From Candidatus Latescibacterota bacterium (GTDB lineage: Bacteria > Latescibacterota > UBA2968 > GCA-2709665), in the NCBI GenBank assembly GCA_965248435.1, contig OZ252100.1, positions 1,408,001 through 1,472,000 on the forward strand: a stretch of 64,000 nucleotides of DNA, given 5' to 3'. Numbering within the stretch: the stretch's first letter is position 1; every line of letters starts with the position of its first letter. The translations under genes and the position numbers were made by a program. Under the pieces are notes generated by a model, which made no database searches, was not told the origin of the DNA, and saw nothing but the letters and a program-made list of their open reading frames with translations. Of this stretch, positions 41,480 through 50,923 are shown in pieces.

Positions 41480-41814
41480 GGCTCTCTCCTTCTGCTGATG
41501 GTGGACGTTGTTAGCAGAAGGAGGATGCGAAGCACAGAGCCATTTGCAAAGTGGCTCCGGACTTGCACGGTATCATATCCTGGTTGTCAAAGAGCAAAGG
41601 CCTTGCAGCAGGCCACCGCGAAGCGGTTTAGTTCAACTTCTGCATTCACGCACCAGGTTCGCTTTTTCGTCCTAATATCCGAGTATAGACGCCGTGCGCG
41701 AATCTGCTAAATAATGTATATAATCTGTCCCTGTTCGCGAATGCTTTTCTATAGATACACCTAATATTCCCAACCAGAGGGTTTAATTCATCAGGCTGTC
41801 AATAGGAATGCATT

Positions 41815-42828
41815 TCAACCCTTCCTGACTCGCTCTGCCAATCCCTCTTCCACGAGCTGTCGGTTCAGAAACAGGCCCTTTTCCAGCACTTCCTCCGCCG
41901 CTTCTCCACCTGGCAGGTAAAACAGATCCGCCAGGTACCGATCGTATTTGTCCGGCTTCGTCGTCGTCACGACGACGAACGGCACCCCTTTCAGCGCCTC
42001 CGCGACAAAGTCCCTGGCACGCACGCCTTCCGGCGTCTCGAGTTCTGGCGTGTCGATCCCCCGCAGCCTCACCTTCTGCCTCGCCCACACCCGGAACCCG
42101 CAGTCGATGTCTAGCCAGACCGTATCTCCGTCGATGACGCGCAGAACGCGCGCCACGTAGGTATAGAATGCGGCGGTTCGTTCGGCGGCTTCAGCGAAGC
42201 GGTAGACCTCGGGCCCTTCGCGCGTCGCCTTTAAGAACTGCCCCGCGCGGAGCCCGTCAGCGTCCGGAATCGGCCAGGCGAGCTGAGTCCCGAACCCCAG
42301 GTCCAGCCTCAGGCCGCGCGCCTCGACCAGCTTGTAGGTGTAGAACTGCCCGCGCAATGCCGGCAGCTGTAGCGCTGGCCCTGATCCTGGAACCCGCGAT
42401 TTTGCGTCCGCGAACGCTCCGGACCGGATCTGAGCCTCCAGTTCACGCACGCTCCAGCGATGCTCCTGGGCGGCTGCCTCAGCGGCCTGCCGCTGGGCGT
42501 CTTCTGGGAGCTTCAGCAGGGCCCGGTAATGAGTCCAACCCAATTTTCCACGCGCGTGGAAAATTGGGCGAAATCGATAAAAAGCCACGGCCTCATACAG
42601 AATCGAGTTACTGAGCCCGACGTCGGCCGCAAGCCGCACCAGGGTCTGCTCTCCGTACGTGGCCGGATGCGAGAGCAGGTATTCACTCACCACCCCGCCG
42701 ATCGCGTGGTAGGTGCGCAGCGTCTCACGCTCCACCGCCGCGGCAGCCCTCGCCTTCCCTTCCCGGAGGAGGCGGGTCACTTCAGTCTTCAGAGCGGGGT
42801 ACTCGTCAGCTAGAATCGCTTGTGTCAT
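41815..42828 (-). CDS. DUF1016 (YhcG) N-terminal domain fused to a staphylococcal-nuclease (thermonuclease) domain
   Basis: YHAIG...YGE..L.RLA, KLGWTHYRALL, WSVREL; then RVIDGDT, VRLRGIDTPEL, DKYDRYLAD, LN..LV..GLA. Confidence 0.85.
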   Translation of the reverse strand: MTQAILADEYPALKTEVTRLLREGKARAAAAVERETLRTYHAIGGVVSEYLLSHPATYGEQTLVRLAADVGLSNSILYEAVAFYRFRPIFHARGKLGWTHYRALLKLPEDAQRQAAEAAAQEHRWSVRELEAQIRSGAFADAKSRVPGSGPALQLPALRGQFYTYKLVEARGLRLDLGFGTQLAWPIPDADGLRAGQFLKATREGPEVYRFAEAAERTAAFYTYVARVLRVIDGDTVWLDIDCGFRVWARQKVRLRGIDTPELETPEGVRARDFVAEALKGVPFVVVTTTKPDKYDRYLADLFYLPGGEAAEEVLEKGLFLNRQLVEEGLAERVRKG

Positions 42829-42961
42829 CGCAATCCTCCAAAACGCTCATGACGCTGTATTCGGTGCGCTGAAAAGATCGATCATCTCAAGGTTCAGAAC
42901 CGTCCACGGACGTTTGCAGAGCTCAGTCAAAAGTCTCGACTCGATAGAATCGAGCAGTCAC

Positions 42962-43894
42962 CTACTGACCGGTGACGGAATCGACGTTGCGGAAGATGTG
43001 CTTCAGGCGGTCGATATCGGCCTGAGGAAGCGGTGGGCGCTCGAAGCTCGCGATGTTCTCCTGCAGGTGATCCGGATTGCCCGTGCCGGACAGAATGACG
43101 TGTGTGCCGGGCTCGTACCGGCAGAAGCGGTAGGCTGCGTCGGGGATGCTGACCGCGCCGGTCTCGTGGACGAGGAAGTCGAGCGGATGGCCGACGTCGT
43201 CCAGATCGCCCGCATCCAGCTGGCCGGCCTCGATCAGCCCGCGGACGACCTCGACGAGAAACGCCGGGTCGCTCATCGCTTTGCGAACGGCGAACATCAC
43301 CTGAATCCCGACGTCCTGTTCGATCGCCCTCGGGAAGACAGCGTCCCGCGCGGTCTGGTTCAGGATGTTGAATCCGACCATGGCGACGTCCCACAGGTCG
43401 TCGGCGAGGGCGGCCTTCAGCATGTCGTGCGCCTTGTCCGAGTTGAACATCTCCGTGATGCCGATGTAGCGGATCTTGCCCGCTTCCCGCAGTTTGACCA
43501 GCTCCGGGTGGAGCGCTTCGCGGCATCGCGCGTAGTCGTCGGGGAGGACGCCGTGGAGGCTGTAGACGTCGATGGTGTCGGTCCCGAGCCGCTCCAGGCT
43601 CTCTTCGCAGCTTGGGGCAACAGTGTCGGCTGTTCGACCTTTCGAGCTCTTCTTGGTCGAGATGATCAGCTGGTCGCGAGGGATGTCCTGGAGCGCCAGC
43701 CGGATGATCGGCTCGGTACCGTACCCCTCAGCCGTGTCGATGAAGTTGACGCCGGCCTCGAACGCCTTCAGGATGATGTCGGCCGACTCCCGGTCCGTCT
43801 TCCCGGTCCCCTTGCCGATCCGGCTCGGCCCTCCGGCCCCGATTCCCACGACGCTGACCTCGAGGCCCGTTCTGCCAAGCGCGCTTCGATCCAT
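42962..43894 (-). CDS. aldo/keto reductase
   Basis: LGRTGLEVS, FIDTAEGYGTE, SLERLGTDTID, GKIRYIG. Confidence 0.93.
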   Translation of the reverse strand: MDRSALGRTGLEVSVVGIGAGGPSRIGKGTGKTDRESADIILKAFEAGVNFIDTAEGYGTEPIIRLALQDIPRDQLIISTKKSSKGRTADTVAPSCEESLERLGTDTIDVYSLHGVLPDDYARCREALHPELVKLREAGKIRYIGITEMFNSDKAHDMLKAALADDLWDVAMVGFNILNQTARDAVFPRAIEQDVGIQVMFAVRKAMSDPAFLVEVVRGLIEAGQLDAGDLDDVGHPLDFLVHETGAVSIPDAAYRFCRYEPGTHVILSGTGNPDHLQENIASFERPPLPQADIDRLKHIFRNVDSVTGQ

Positions 43895-43977
43895 TCGCTT
43901 TTCTCTTTGCTGGGAATCCCGCCGGCGATCTAAAAGATTTCGCTCATCCGGGGCTGTCCGCAGGCTGACACCCGGTC

Positions 43978-44775
43978 TCAAAGCAGCTTCTCGAACGCGT
44001 CCTTCACCCTCACCTTGTCCGCCGAGTCTCCGAACCCCAGGCTGAACCACCCCGCATAACCCATCGCGTTCAGCTTCTCAAACAGGGCCTCGAAATCGAT
44101 CGTGCCCTCACCCGGCACCAGATGCACCTCGTAATCGCCCGAGTTGTCGTTGATGCGCACCTGCCCGATCTTCTCCGAGCCGAACGCATCCAGAAATCCC
44201 GCCCAGCCCTCGGGCACCAGGTGCCCGTGCGCCACGTTGAACGCCCACTTGAAATGCGGCGCGTCGATCGCATCCACGAACCACCGCATCTCTTCCACGT
44301 TGTGCGGAATATAATGGATCTCGGCGTGCTCGGGTTCCTTGTTGTGGTTCTCGAAATAGATCTCCACGCCCGTCCCTTCGGCCCGGTCCACCAGACGCTC
44401 GATGCGCGACACCGCAGCTTTGCGCCGCTTTTCCACGTCGCCGAAGTGATACCCCCCGTGCCCCACCAGCCACCCGCAGCCCAGTTCCACCGCCAAGTCC
44501 AGGTTGGCGTTAAGATAGGCGTCTACCGCATCCGACAGAATCGGTACGTACTCGGCATTGTTGATCGCCGAAGACGGATGCACTCCGATCTGCACCCCGT
44601 GCTCCTCGCACAATTTCCGCACCCGGCGCACCCGCTCCGGCCCGAACGAAGCCAGATCGTTGGGCGGCAAATCGGCCTGGAAATCTACATACCGGAACCC
44701 GTTTTCCCCTGCCCAGGCGATGCCGTCTTCCAGCGGCGTGCGGTTCGACATGTTATATCCGAATCGATCGCTCAC
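43978..44775 (-). CDS. sugar phosphate isomerase/epimerase (xylose-isomerase-like TIM barrel)
   Basis: HGG, YFEN, NVAH, NDN.G..E.HL.PGEG.ID. Confidence 0.82.
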   Translation of the reverse strand: MSDRFGYNMSNRTPLEDGIAWAGENGFRYVDFQADLPPNDLASFGPERVRRVRKLCEEHGVQIGVHPSSAINNAEYVPILSDAVDAYLNANLDLAVELGCGWLVGHGGYHFGDVEKRRKAAVSRIERLVDRAEGTGVEIYFENHNKEPEHAEIHYIPHNVEEMRWFVDAIDAPHFKWAFNVAHGHLVPEGWAGFLDAFGSEKIGQVRINDNSGDYEVHLVPGEGTIDFEALFEKLNAMGYAGWFSLGFGDSADKVRVKDAFEKLL

Positions 44776-45009
44776 TCAACCTCTCTCCTTGAACCAACCC
44801 GCTCCAGTGGAACACGAAATGGCTCAACAGGGTCTAATTTCTTAGCGGAGATTTAAACGTCAATAATCGGCTTGGCTGCCAGCCCTTTGATAGCAGTAGA
44901 GCCAATATGATCAATCCTGAGGGCTACTGACCCGGGCTCGCATGACGGTGAGGGTCAGTGACACGTGATTGCTCTTTCGCGGAAAGCTGACATCAGGCGA
45001 TCAGGCAGC

Positions 45010-47187
45010 TTATACGGGCTCGAATTGCTTCAGATAGTCAACCGCGAGTGCGGTCGACATCGTCTCGCTTCCGGTCCATCGCATCGTGAGACCGTCATCG
45101 AGTCGGGCACCGAAAATCCGCTCTGCCTCCCATGTTGAGATCGGCGTGCGGAAGGCGCCGTTTGGATCTATTACCAGCGCTGGTCGCGGCGACCAGGACT
45201 TCAAGACTGCGGGACAGTCGGCCACGGCCGGCAGGTTGCGTACCAGCACCTGGTGATGCCACGTCGCCCGCGGCTCCTCGAGCAGAAGCCTGTAACTCGC
45301 CAGCGGCGCGTGCAGGATCAACCCGCGCATGCGTTCCGACGCAAAGGGGCTCGCATAGAGAACCCAGAGCGACGCGACGCCTGAACCCGCCAGGACGACC
45401 GGGAGTTCGGCGAGCTCGCTTAGCGTTTCCGCCACCTCGAGCACACACAGTACATCGCGGACGCGCTGTCCGAGTAGCGGTCGACCCAGCATGCGCACCG
45501 TCCACGAGTGCTCGCACTCCGCCGCCATCGGCCCCTCGTAGGCCGGGTCGTTCAGACCGAGGATCGTCGGATCGAATGACCCGTCTGTCCTCATCTCCTC
45601 GAAATGAGGCGCCGTGGATCTGCCCCACCAGCCGTGAGGCTCACCGCGGGTAAGGCCCACACCGCGCGGATCGAGGGCGAGCACGGCATGGCCGGCTCCT
45701 CTGAGCTGCTCGATCATCCCCGCCCGTCCTGACTCCGCCTGCATGCCGTCCTCGTGGCAGTACACAACGAGCGCCCTTCCATCCGCGAGCTCGGATGCCC
45801 CCGTGTCCGGGTCGAATAACACCGCCGGAATGGTGATCCCCGGCTCGGTTTCAACGCGAAAGCAGGTAACTCCCTTTTCTTCCTGTCGCGATTCGAACCG
45901 CGAGGGTGCCGAAACGTCTGGAAGGCCGAGCGTCCGGCCCAGCTCAACCGCATCGATTCTATTTTCTCGCAGCACCTCCATCGGAGGAACCAGCTCTTCC
46001 GAGGCGACGTACCAATTCTTGCCGCTGCCGTCTGCCGCCAGCTGTCCGGAACGCGTCGCCCACAGCGCCTTTTCGGGCTCGGGCTCGGCTGCGGGATCCT
46101 CGTCCGGTATCGGCAGCCCGAACCAGCGGCAGAACCAGTCGCTCGTCGCCCGGCGAATCTCGTCACTCAGGCCGTGCTTCCCCGGACCCTCGAACAGATC
46201 GACCTTCTCGGCATCGCCACTCAGGTCGTAGATCCGCTTCAGCGTCGCCACCGTGTCGCGCGCCCCCTTGAGGGGGAAGAAGTCCTCCTTTGCAGCCGCT
46301 ATGAGAACGGGTTTCGGCGCCAGCATGGCGAGAAAATCGGCATACTCGAGTCCGAGTTTGAGCAGGTCGTAGGGGTACTGCTCACTGTCCCCCGGTTCGC
46401 GAGACAGCAAGCGCTCGCGCACGCTTGTGACGAAGCAGATCGGCACGGCGGCGGCGATGCGGTCATCCACCGTCGCCGTGAAAGTCGTCTGCGTGCCTCC
46501 CCCGGAGCATCCGGTGAGCCCGATCCTGGCCTCGTCCACCTCTGGCCGCGAAATGAGATAATCGATGGCGCGCACGCAGTCCCAGGTGTACTCGCCCGAC
46601 GAGCTCGTGCCGGCGAGAACGGCGGCGCGGTCGAGGACGTCGTGTTCGGGATAGGTGAGCATACGATTGCGAACTCGATCCCACATCAGTCGCTCGCCCT
46701 GTCCGAATGGATCGAAGCACAGCACCACCATGCCCCGGCGAGCCATGTCGATGGCCGCCAATTGATATCTATAATAGGCTTTGGCGATTCCGGAGTGGCC
46801 GCAGGCGAGCGCGATACCCGGTATCCGCTCGTCGAGCGGTTCGGGGAGGTAGAGATTGGCGGTTATCTGCAGCCCGGGGACACTGTCGAAGATGACATTC
46901 TCGACGCGGTAACCGTCGCGCTCGAGGCTCCGCGTCGTCCGAGACGCCAGGTCGCATTTTTCCGGAAATGGCCCGAACATCTCCCGAAAGAGACCCCGGA
47001 GGCGTTCCCGCTCCGTCTGCCAGGAATCGAGCGTCAGGTTGTCGTAGAGATGCCGGCGTTCCTCGAGCGCACCGTCGTAGAGCGACAGGTGAAACTCGAA
47101 CAGCATTTCCCGGGACACCCCATCCACGAGCCAGGGATAGGGCGTCTGCCAGCCCAGATAGCCCTCACTTGGGCTCACTTCGTCCAT
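45010..47187 (-). CDS. tandem alpha/beta-hydrolase (acetylxylan esterase-like)
   Basis: ANLYLP, CGH, DPFGQGER, GCSGGGTQT nucleophile, DFFP, GKHG. Confidence 0.85.
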   Translation of the reverse strand: MDEVSPSEGYLGWQTPYPWLVDGVSREMLFEFHLSLYDGALEERRHLYDNLTLDSWQTERERLRGLFREMFGPFPEKCDLASRTTRSLERDGYRVENVIFDSVPGLQITANLYLPEPLDERIPGIALACGHSGIAKAYYRYQLAAIDMARRGMVVLCFDPFGQGERLMWDRVRNRMLTYPEHDVLDRAAVLAGTSSSGEYTWDCVRAIDYLISRPEVDEARIGLTGCSGGGTQTTFTATVDDRIAAAVPICFVTSVRERLLSREPGDSEQYPYDLLKLGLEYADFLAMLAPKPVLIAAAKEDFFPLKGARDTVATLKRIYDLSGDAEKVDLFEGPGKHGLSDEIRRATSDWFCRWFGLPIPDEDPAAEPEPEKALWATRSGQLAADGSGKNWYVASEELVPPMEVLRENRIDAVELGRTLGLPDVSAPSRFESRQEEKGVTCFRVETEPGITIPAVLFDPDTGASELADGRALVVYCHEDGMQAESGRAGMIEQLRGAGHAVLALDPRGVGLTRGEPHGWWGRSTAPHFEEMRTDGSFDPTILGLNDPAYEGPMAAECEHSWTVRMLGRPLLGQRVRDVLCVLEVAETLSELAELPVVLAGSGVASLWVLYASPFASERMRGLILHAPLASYRLLLEEPRATWHHQVLVRNLPAVADCPAVLKSWSPRPALVIDPNGAFRTPISTWEAERIFGARLDDGLTMRWTGSETMSTALAVDYLKQFEPV

Positions 47188-47410
47188 TGTCCAACGGCCG
47201 CCTGCCTGGCCATTGCCTCGAATCGTTCAAAGTTGAGCGCCTTTTCTCCTGCGGATCCATTTGAGGACGATACCGGCGACCTTCATCCTGTTGCCTCTTT
47301 CGCGGTTCGGCGCTCTTCGTGTGCCCACATCCCGACGCCCGGCAATGCAGGCAAATCCCTCTGAGTTTCCTCCAGCACCGGCAGTGGCAACAAGGCTGGT
47401 CCCGGAGAAG

Positions 47411-47475
47411 TGGCCTCACAAAACAAAATGCGGCGAGAGCATCCCCACCGCAAACCCAAACCCCACGGCCATTTT
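47411..47475. repeat. 65-bp dispersed repeat, copy 2
   Basis: matches 17351-17415. Confidence 0.85.
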
Positions 47476-47700
47476 TGACGAAGATTTATTCTTCCTATCC
47501 GCCGTGTTCGATCAGGCTCTGGAAAATGTTCTGGGCACGAAGCGCGACCCCGACCTAGCCCTCAGGGAGCGCGAAAAGATCATCGCTGTGATCCTGAGAC
47601 TCGCCAAATAGGAGGGTGGAGCAATGAAGATTTCCGTATCAACATCGTCGGGCACAGCTTCCCGTCTTTTCCTGTTTTTCCGCACAGGCCCCTCTTTTCC

Positions 47701-49059
47701 TCACAACCCGGCAAGCATTAATGCCACATAAAGATAGCCCAGCTTGAAGTCTTGGAGAGAGAATGATTCAATTGGCGCCTCGCCTTCCTCCGGGCTGCCG
47801 AAGCCCACCAACAGCGGCTCAGCACCCGAAACACGTGAAAGTTCGTGCACGACAGGTATGGACATGCCCTCCCACACAAAAACCGTTTCTTTTTCAGTAA
47901 GCTGACCCAGGATTTTCTTTGCTCTCGACACGAGTTCCGAATCAGGATTGAGACGCAGTCCACGCCCACCGATACCTTTTTCGGTCACCTCCAGGTGCAG
48001 GCCTTCCGGCTCGCGTTCTTTCAAATGATCAATTATCGCGTTCAGACAGAATTCCGGATCCTGGTCTGCCTCCAGCCGCACCGTAATCTTAGCAACTGCC
48101 ACCGCGGGAATGATCGTTTTTTTTCCAGCACCACCGTAGCCTGAATGAATACCGTTGATATCAATACTTGGTCGAAATCCCACACGCTCGACAGGAGTGA
48201 ACTGCTTTTCGCCGGCTGTGGCTGGCACCCCGGTTTCAGTCTTATAGGAATTCATGTCAAACGGGATTGAGTTGACCAGCTCTCGTTCCCTTTCCGTAGG
48301 TTCTCGAACAGAATCGTAAAAGTGTCCCACAGCGATGCTTCCGTCGGGATTGTGCAAGCTTGCCACCAGCCTCGCCATTTCTGCAGCCGGATTAGGCGCC
48401 ATTCCTCCGTGCACGCCTGAGTGTAAGTCATAATGCGGACCGGTCAGCATTACAGTTATGTGAAATCTCCCGCGCAGTCCCATGACGATTGTCGGTGCTC
48501 CGGAACTCACGGTACTCGTATCGGCTACCATCAGAATATCGGCCCTGATCAGCTCCTGCCAGTCGCTCATGGCTTTCGATATTCCCTCATTCCCGCATGT
48601 CTCTTCACATTCGAGAATTATTTTGACTGTGCACTCCAGTGCGTCTCGCCGAATCAGCGTTTCCATGGCCTTGAGTGCATAAAAAAGCTGGCCCTTATCG
48701 TTTGCTGCGCCGCGCGCGTAGATACGGTCGTCCTTGAGCACCGGGGCGAACGGCGGATTTGGCCAATCCTCCTTCGGATCAACCGGATAGACGTCGTAAT
48801 GGGCGTAGAAAAGAGCAACTGGTTTGTCGGGATTGCCTTTGCGTTCTCCAAAGACGACAGGTTTTGTGCATGTCTCCAAGAGCCTTGATTCGAATCCGAT
48901 TCCTTCCAGGTGTTCAACCAGCCAGTTCGCGCAGTCGAGACAGTCCTGGTTATGCGCGGGATCAGCGCTTATGCTGGGAAACGTCAGAATTTGTTTCCAT
49001 TCCTCGAGGTAGCGTTCCCTGTTCTGTTCGAAGATTCTCTCGATATGCGCTCTGTCCAT
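47701..49059 (-). CDS. M20 family dipeptidase/metallohydrolase
   Basis: PSISAD, YAHYDV.P, ARGAANDKGQ, ECEE, GLRG, DLHSG; C-terminal metal-ligand His apparently replaced (EGEAPIES). Confidence 0.88.
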   Translation of the reverse strand: MDRAHIERIFEQNRERYLEEWKQILTFPSISADPAHNQDCLDCANWLVEHLEGIGFESRLLETCTKPVVFGERKGNPDKPVALFYAHYDVYPVDPKEDWPNPPFAPVLKDDRIYARGAANDKGQLFYALKAMETLIRRDALECTVKIILECEETCGNEGISKAMSDWQELIRADILMVADTSTVSSGAPTIVMGLRGRFHITVMLTGPHYDLHSGVHGGMAPNPAAEMARLVASLHNPDGSIAVGHFYDSVREPTERERELVNSIPFDMNSYKTETGVPATAGEKQFTPVERVGFRPSIDINGIHSGYGGAGKKTIIPAVAVAKITVRLEADQDPEFCLNAIIDHLKEREPEGLHLEVTEKGIGGRGLRLNPDSELVSRAKKILGQLTEKETVFVWEGMSIPVVHELSRVSGAEPLLVGFGSPEEGEAPIESFSLQDFKLGYLYVALMLAGL

Positions 49060-49141
49060 GAACTGAAGATCCTTTCATAGGAAGTTGAATCGACGGGGTG
49101 AACTCCGGGAGGGTGTTCGGCGATCCCTTGCCTGGGAATGA

Positions 49142-49171
49142 GAGAACACCGTTTATTCTTCCTATCCGCTC
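49142..49171. repeat. 30-bp dispersed repeat gagaacrccgtttattcttcctatccgctc
   Basis: 29/30 identical to 51288-51317; 18-bp core also at 47485-47502. Confidence 0.85.
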
Positions 49172-49548
49172 AGCCAGTCGAGACTGAACCTGGCGAAGCT
49201 GATGCCTTCGTAGGGCTCTTCGTCGCCGCATTCGTAGAGCAGACCGACGGTTCCATCTTGCAGTACGGTAAGGCAGCAGTAAGCGCTGGGTCCCGGGTGT
49301 ACTGTCCGGGCCACCGGCCAGGTGGCCCCGTCATCGAAGCTCAGACGAACGGTCAAGTTGACTCGGTTGCGGTAGCTCGAAGCCGGATTGGCGAAGAGGA
49401 GGGGCTCCCTGTCTTCGTCTTTCTTCTTCAAGGGATACTTCAGGATGGATCCCTGACATTTCATTATCTGTTCGCCAATAGATATAATTTGCTCGCGTCT
49501 ACGGTCAACAGTTTCACATAGCTTTTTTTTCAGTTCCTCACGTTGCAT
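49162..49548 (-). pseudogene. chimeric ORF: amidohydrolase-like N-terminus joined to a sialidase C-terminus
   Basis: MQREELKKKLCETVDRRREQIISIGEQIMK, then LLFANP..R.NLTVRLSFDDGATW..GPSAY..GLLYE. Confidence 0.7.
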
Positions 49549-49589
49549 GTTTTCTCCTTAAAAAGTGATATCGAAAAGTAACTTAATTC

Positions 49590-49727
49590 GCCAGTGTCAC
49601 ATTAATTGTCATTGCGAGGAGTGAAGCGACGAAGCAATCTCAAGGAATCAATGCCGCGGAGATTGCTTCGCTTTCGGCTCGCAATGACATCTTGCGCTCC
49701 GCTCCTTTTGGCAAATGTGACATTGGC
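49590..49727. repeat. nested palindromic element (gtcattgcgag...gaagcaatct / agattgcttc...ctcgcaatgac)
   Basis: outer IR gccagtgtcacatt / aatgtgacattggc with inner IRs as named. Confidence 0.8.
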
Positions 49728-49801
49728 AAGTTAACTTATAGCACCGATTAACGGAATTAACGGATATCCGTATATTCTGTCAATCCGCGCTCTAACCCGC
49801 T

Positions 49802-50923
49802 TTACCAATCCTGCACAGAACCATCCGGTCTACGCAAATGCGGTGGTTCACCTGGTGTATGTGGATGAGCGGCAGCGGCTTCTTCGTTTAAATCAATCCC
49901 CAAGCCGGGTTCGTCACAGCGTAGCAAATAACCGTCCTGTATCTTCAAATTATTTGGAATAACCTCATTCATCCATCCACCAGTAGGCGCGTATTCCTGT
50001 ACAGCGCAATTCGGCACGGACATATTCAGATGTAGCATTGCGGCGGTGCTTACCGGGCTGGCTGTATAATGCAAAGCCAGTTCTTGATAATGCACCTCAC
50101 CCATCACCGCAATCTTTTTGCCCTCCGTGATGCCGCCGCTATGGCAGATGTCCACCCGCAGATAGTCAATAAGTTCCTGTTCGATTAACTCACGAAACGC
50201 CCATTTCGTGGTCAATTGTTCTCCGGTGCCAAGTGCAACATTTGTATGCGCCCGCAAAGTCGCGAATGAAGCAGGATTCTCAGAACGAATTGGATCTTCG
50301 ACAAAGAATGGGCGATATTCCTCAATGGCGTTGCATAACTCAATAGCACGAGTTGGATTCAGCCGGGTATGAACTTCTAAGATGATTCCCCGTTCCATTC
50401 CGATAGCATTCCGTAACGCTTTGATATGCTCAATGCACCGGAGAACAGCGTGTGTCGGGTCAAATCCATCCTCAACTCCATTTGCCGGCGAAATACGCAA
50501 AACCTTCCAACCTTCCTCAAGTAAAGCCTGCGAATTTTCGACCAACTGTTCAGGTGTACCTCCTCCGACGTGACGATAAACCAGGACCTTATCGCGCGTC
50601 GCCCCGCCCAAAAGTCGATAGACAGGCACGCCCAACGCTTTGCCCTGCAAATCCCACAGGGCGATATCAATCCCCGCTAACGCAGATTGCAAAACCGGCC
50701 CACCACGCCAGAACGTCCCTCGGAAAATATCTTGCCAGATATGTTCGATGCGGGTAGCATCTTCACCCACCAACAGCGGTTTGATATGCCCTAGCGCTTC
50801 CACAACTGCCAATGACCGGCCGCTGAGTGAAGCCTCTCCAATGCCATACAAACCATCTTCGGTGATGATTTTTACATACACAAATTGCCCAACTGGAAAT
50901 ACTTTGACATCAGTAATTTTCAT
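49802..50923 (-). CDS. dgoD: galactonate dehydratase-like enolase-superfamily protein
   Basis: FWRGGPV..SALAGIDIALWD, EVH, FVEDP, TGE, GGITE. Confidence 0.8.
   Translation of the reverse strand: MKITDVKVFPVGQFVYVKIITEDGLYGIGEASLSGRSLAVVEALGHIKPLLVGEDATRIEHIWQDIFRGTFWRGGPVLQSALAGIDIALWDLQGKALGVPVYRLLGGATRDKVLVYRHVGGGTPEQLVENSQALLEEGWKVLRISPANGVEDGFDPTHAVLRCIEHIKALRNAIGMERGIILEVHTRLNPTRAIELCNAIEEYRPFFVEDPIRSENPASFATLRAHTNVALGTGEQLTTKWAFRELIEQELIDYLRVDICHSGGITEGKKIAVMGEVHYQELALHYTASPVSTAAMLHLNMSVPNCAVQEYAPTGGWMNEVIPNNLKIQDGYLLRCDEPGLGIDLNEEAAAAHPHTPGEPPHLRRPDGSVQDW

Larger units (their letters stand above)
27554..41637 (-). mobile_element. integron-like gene-cassette array (8 units, no canonical intI in window)
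   Basis: eight AAC...GTT palindromic sites each flanking a gene unit; the two ends of each unit match as inverted repeats. Confidence 0.85.
39219..41637 (-). mobile_element. IS91-like element encoding a tyrosine recombinase and a Y2 transposase
   Basis: gene pair bounded by gttgaacgaagccgcttc and gaagcggtttagttcaac (16/18 inverted match). Confidence 0.85.

Noticed and set aside
42713-43933. Long plus-strand ORFs antisense to real genes (also 7394-8422, 22384-23508, 29860-31008, 46174-47364, 60081-61481)
   Set aside because: Shadow ORFs of GC-rich minus-strand genes with no recognisable motifs.
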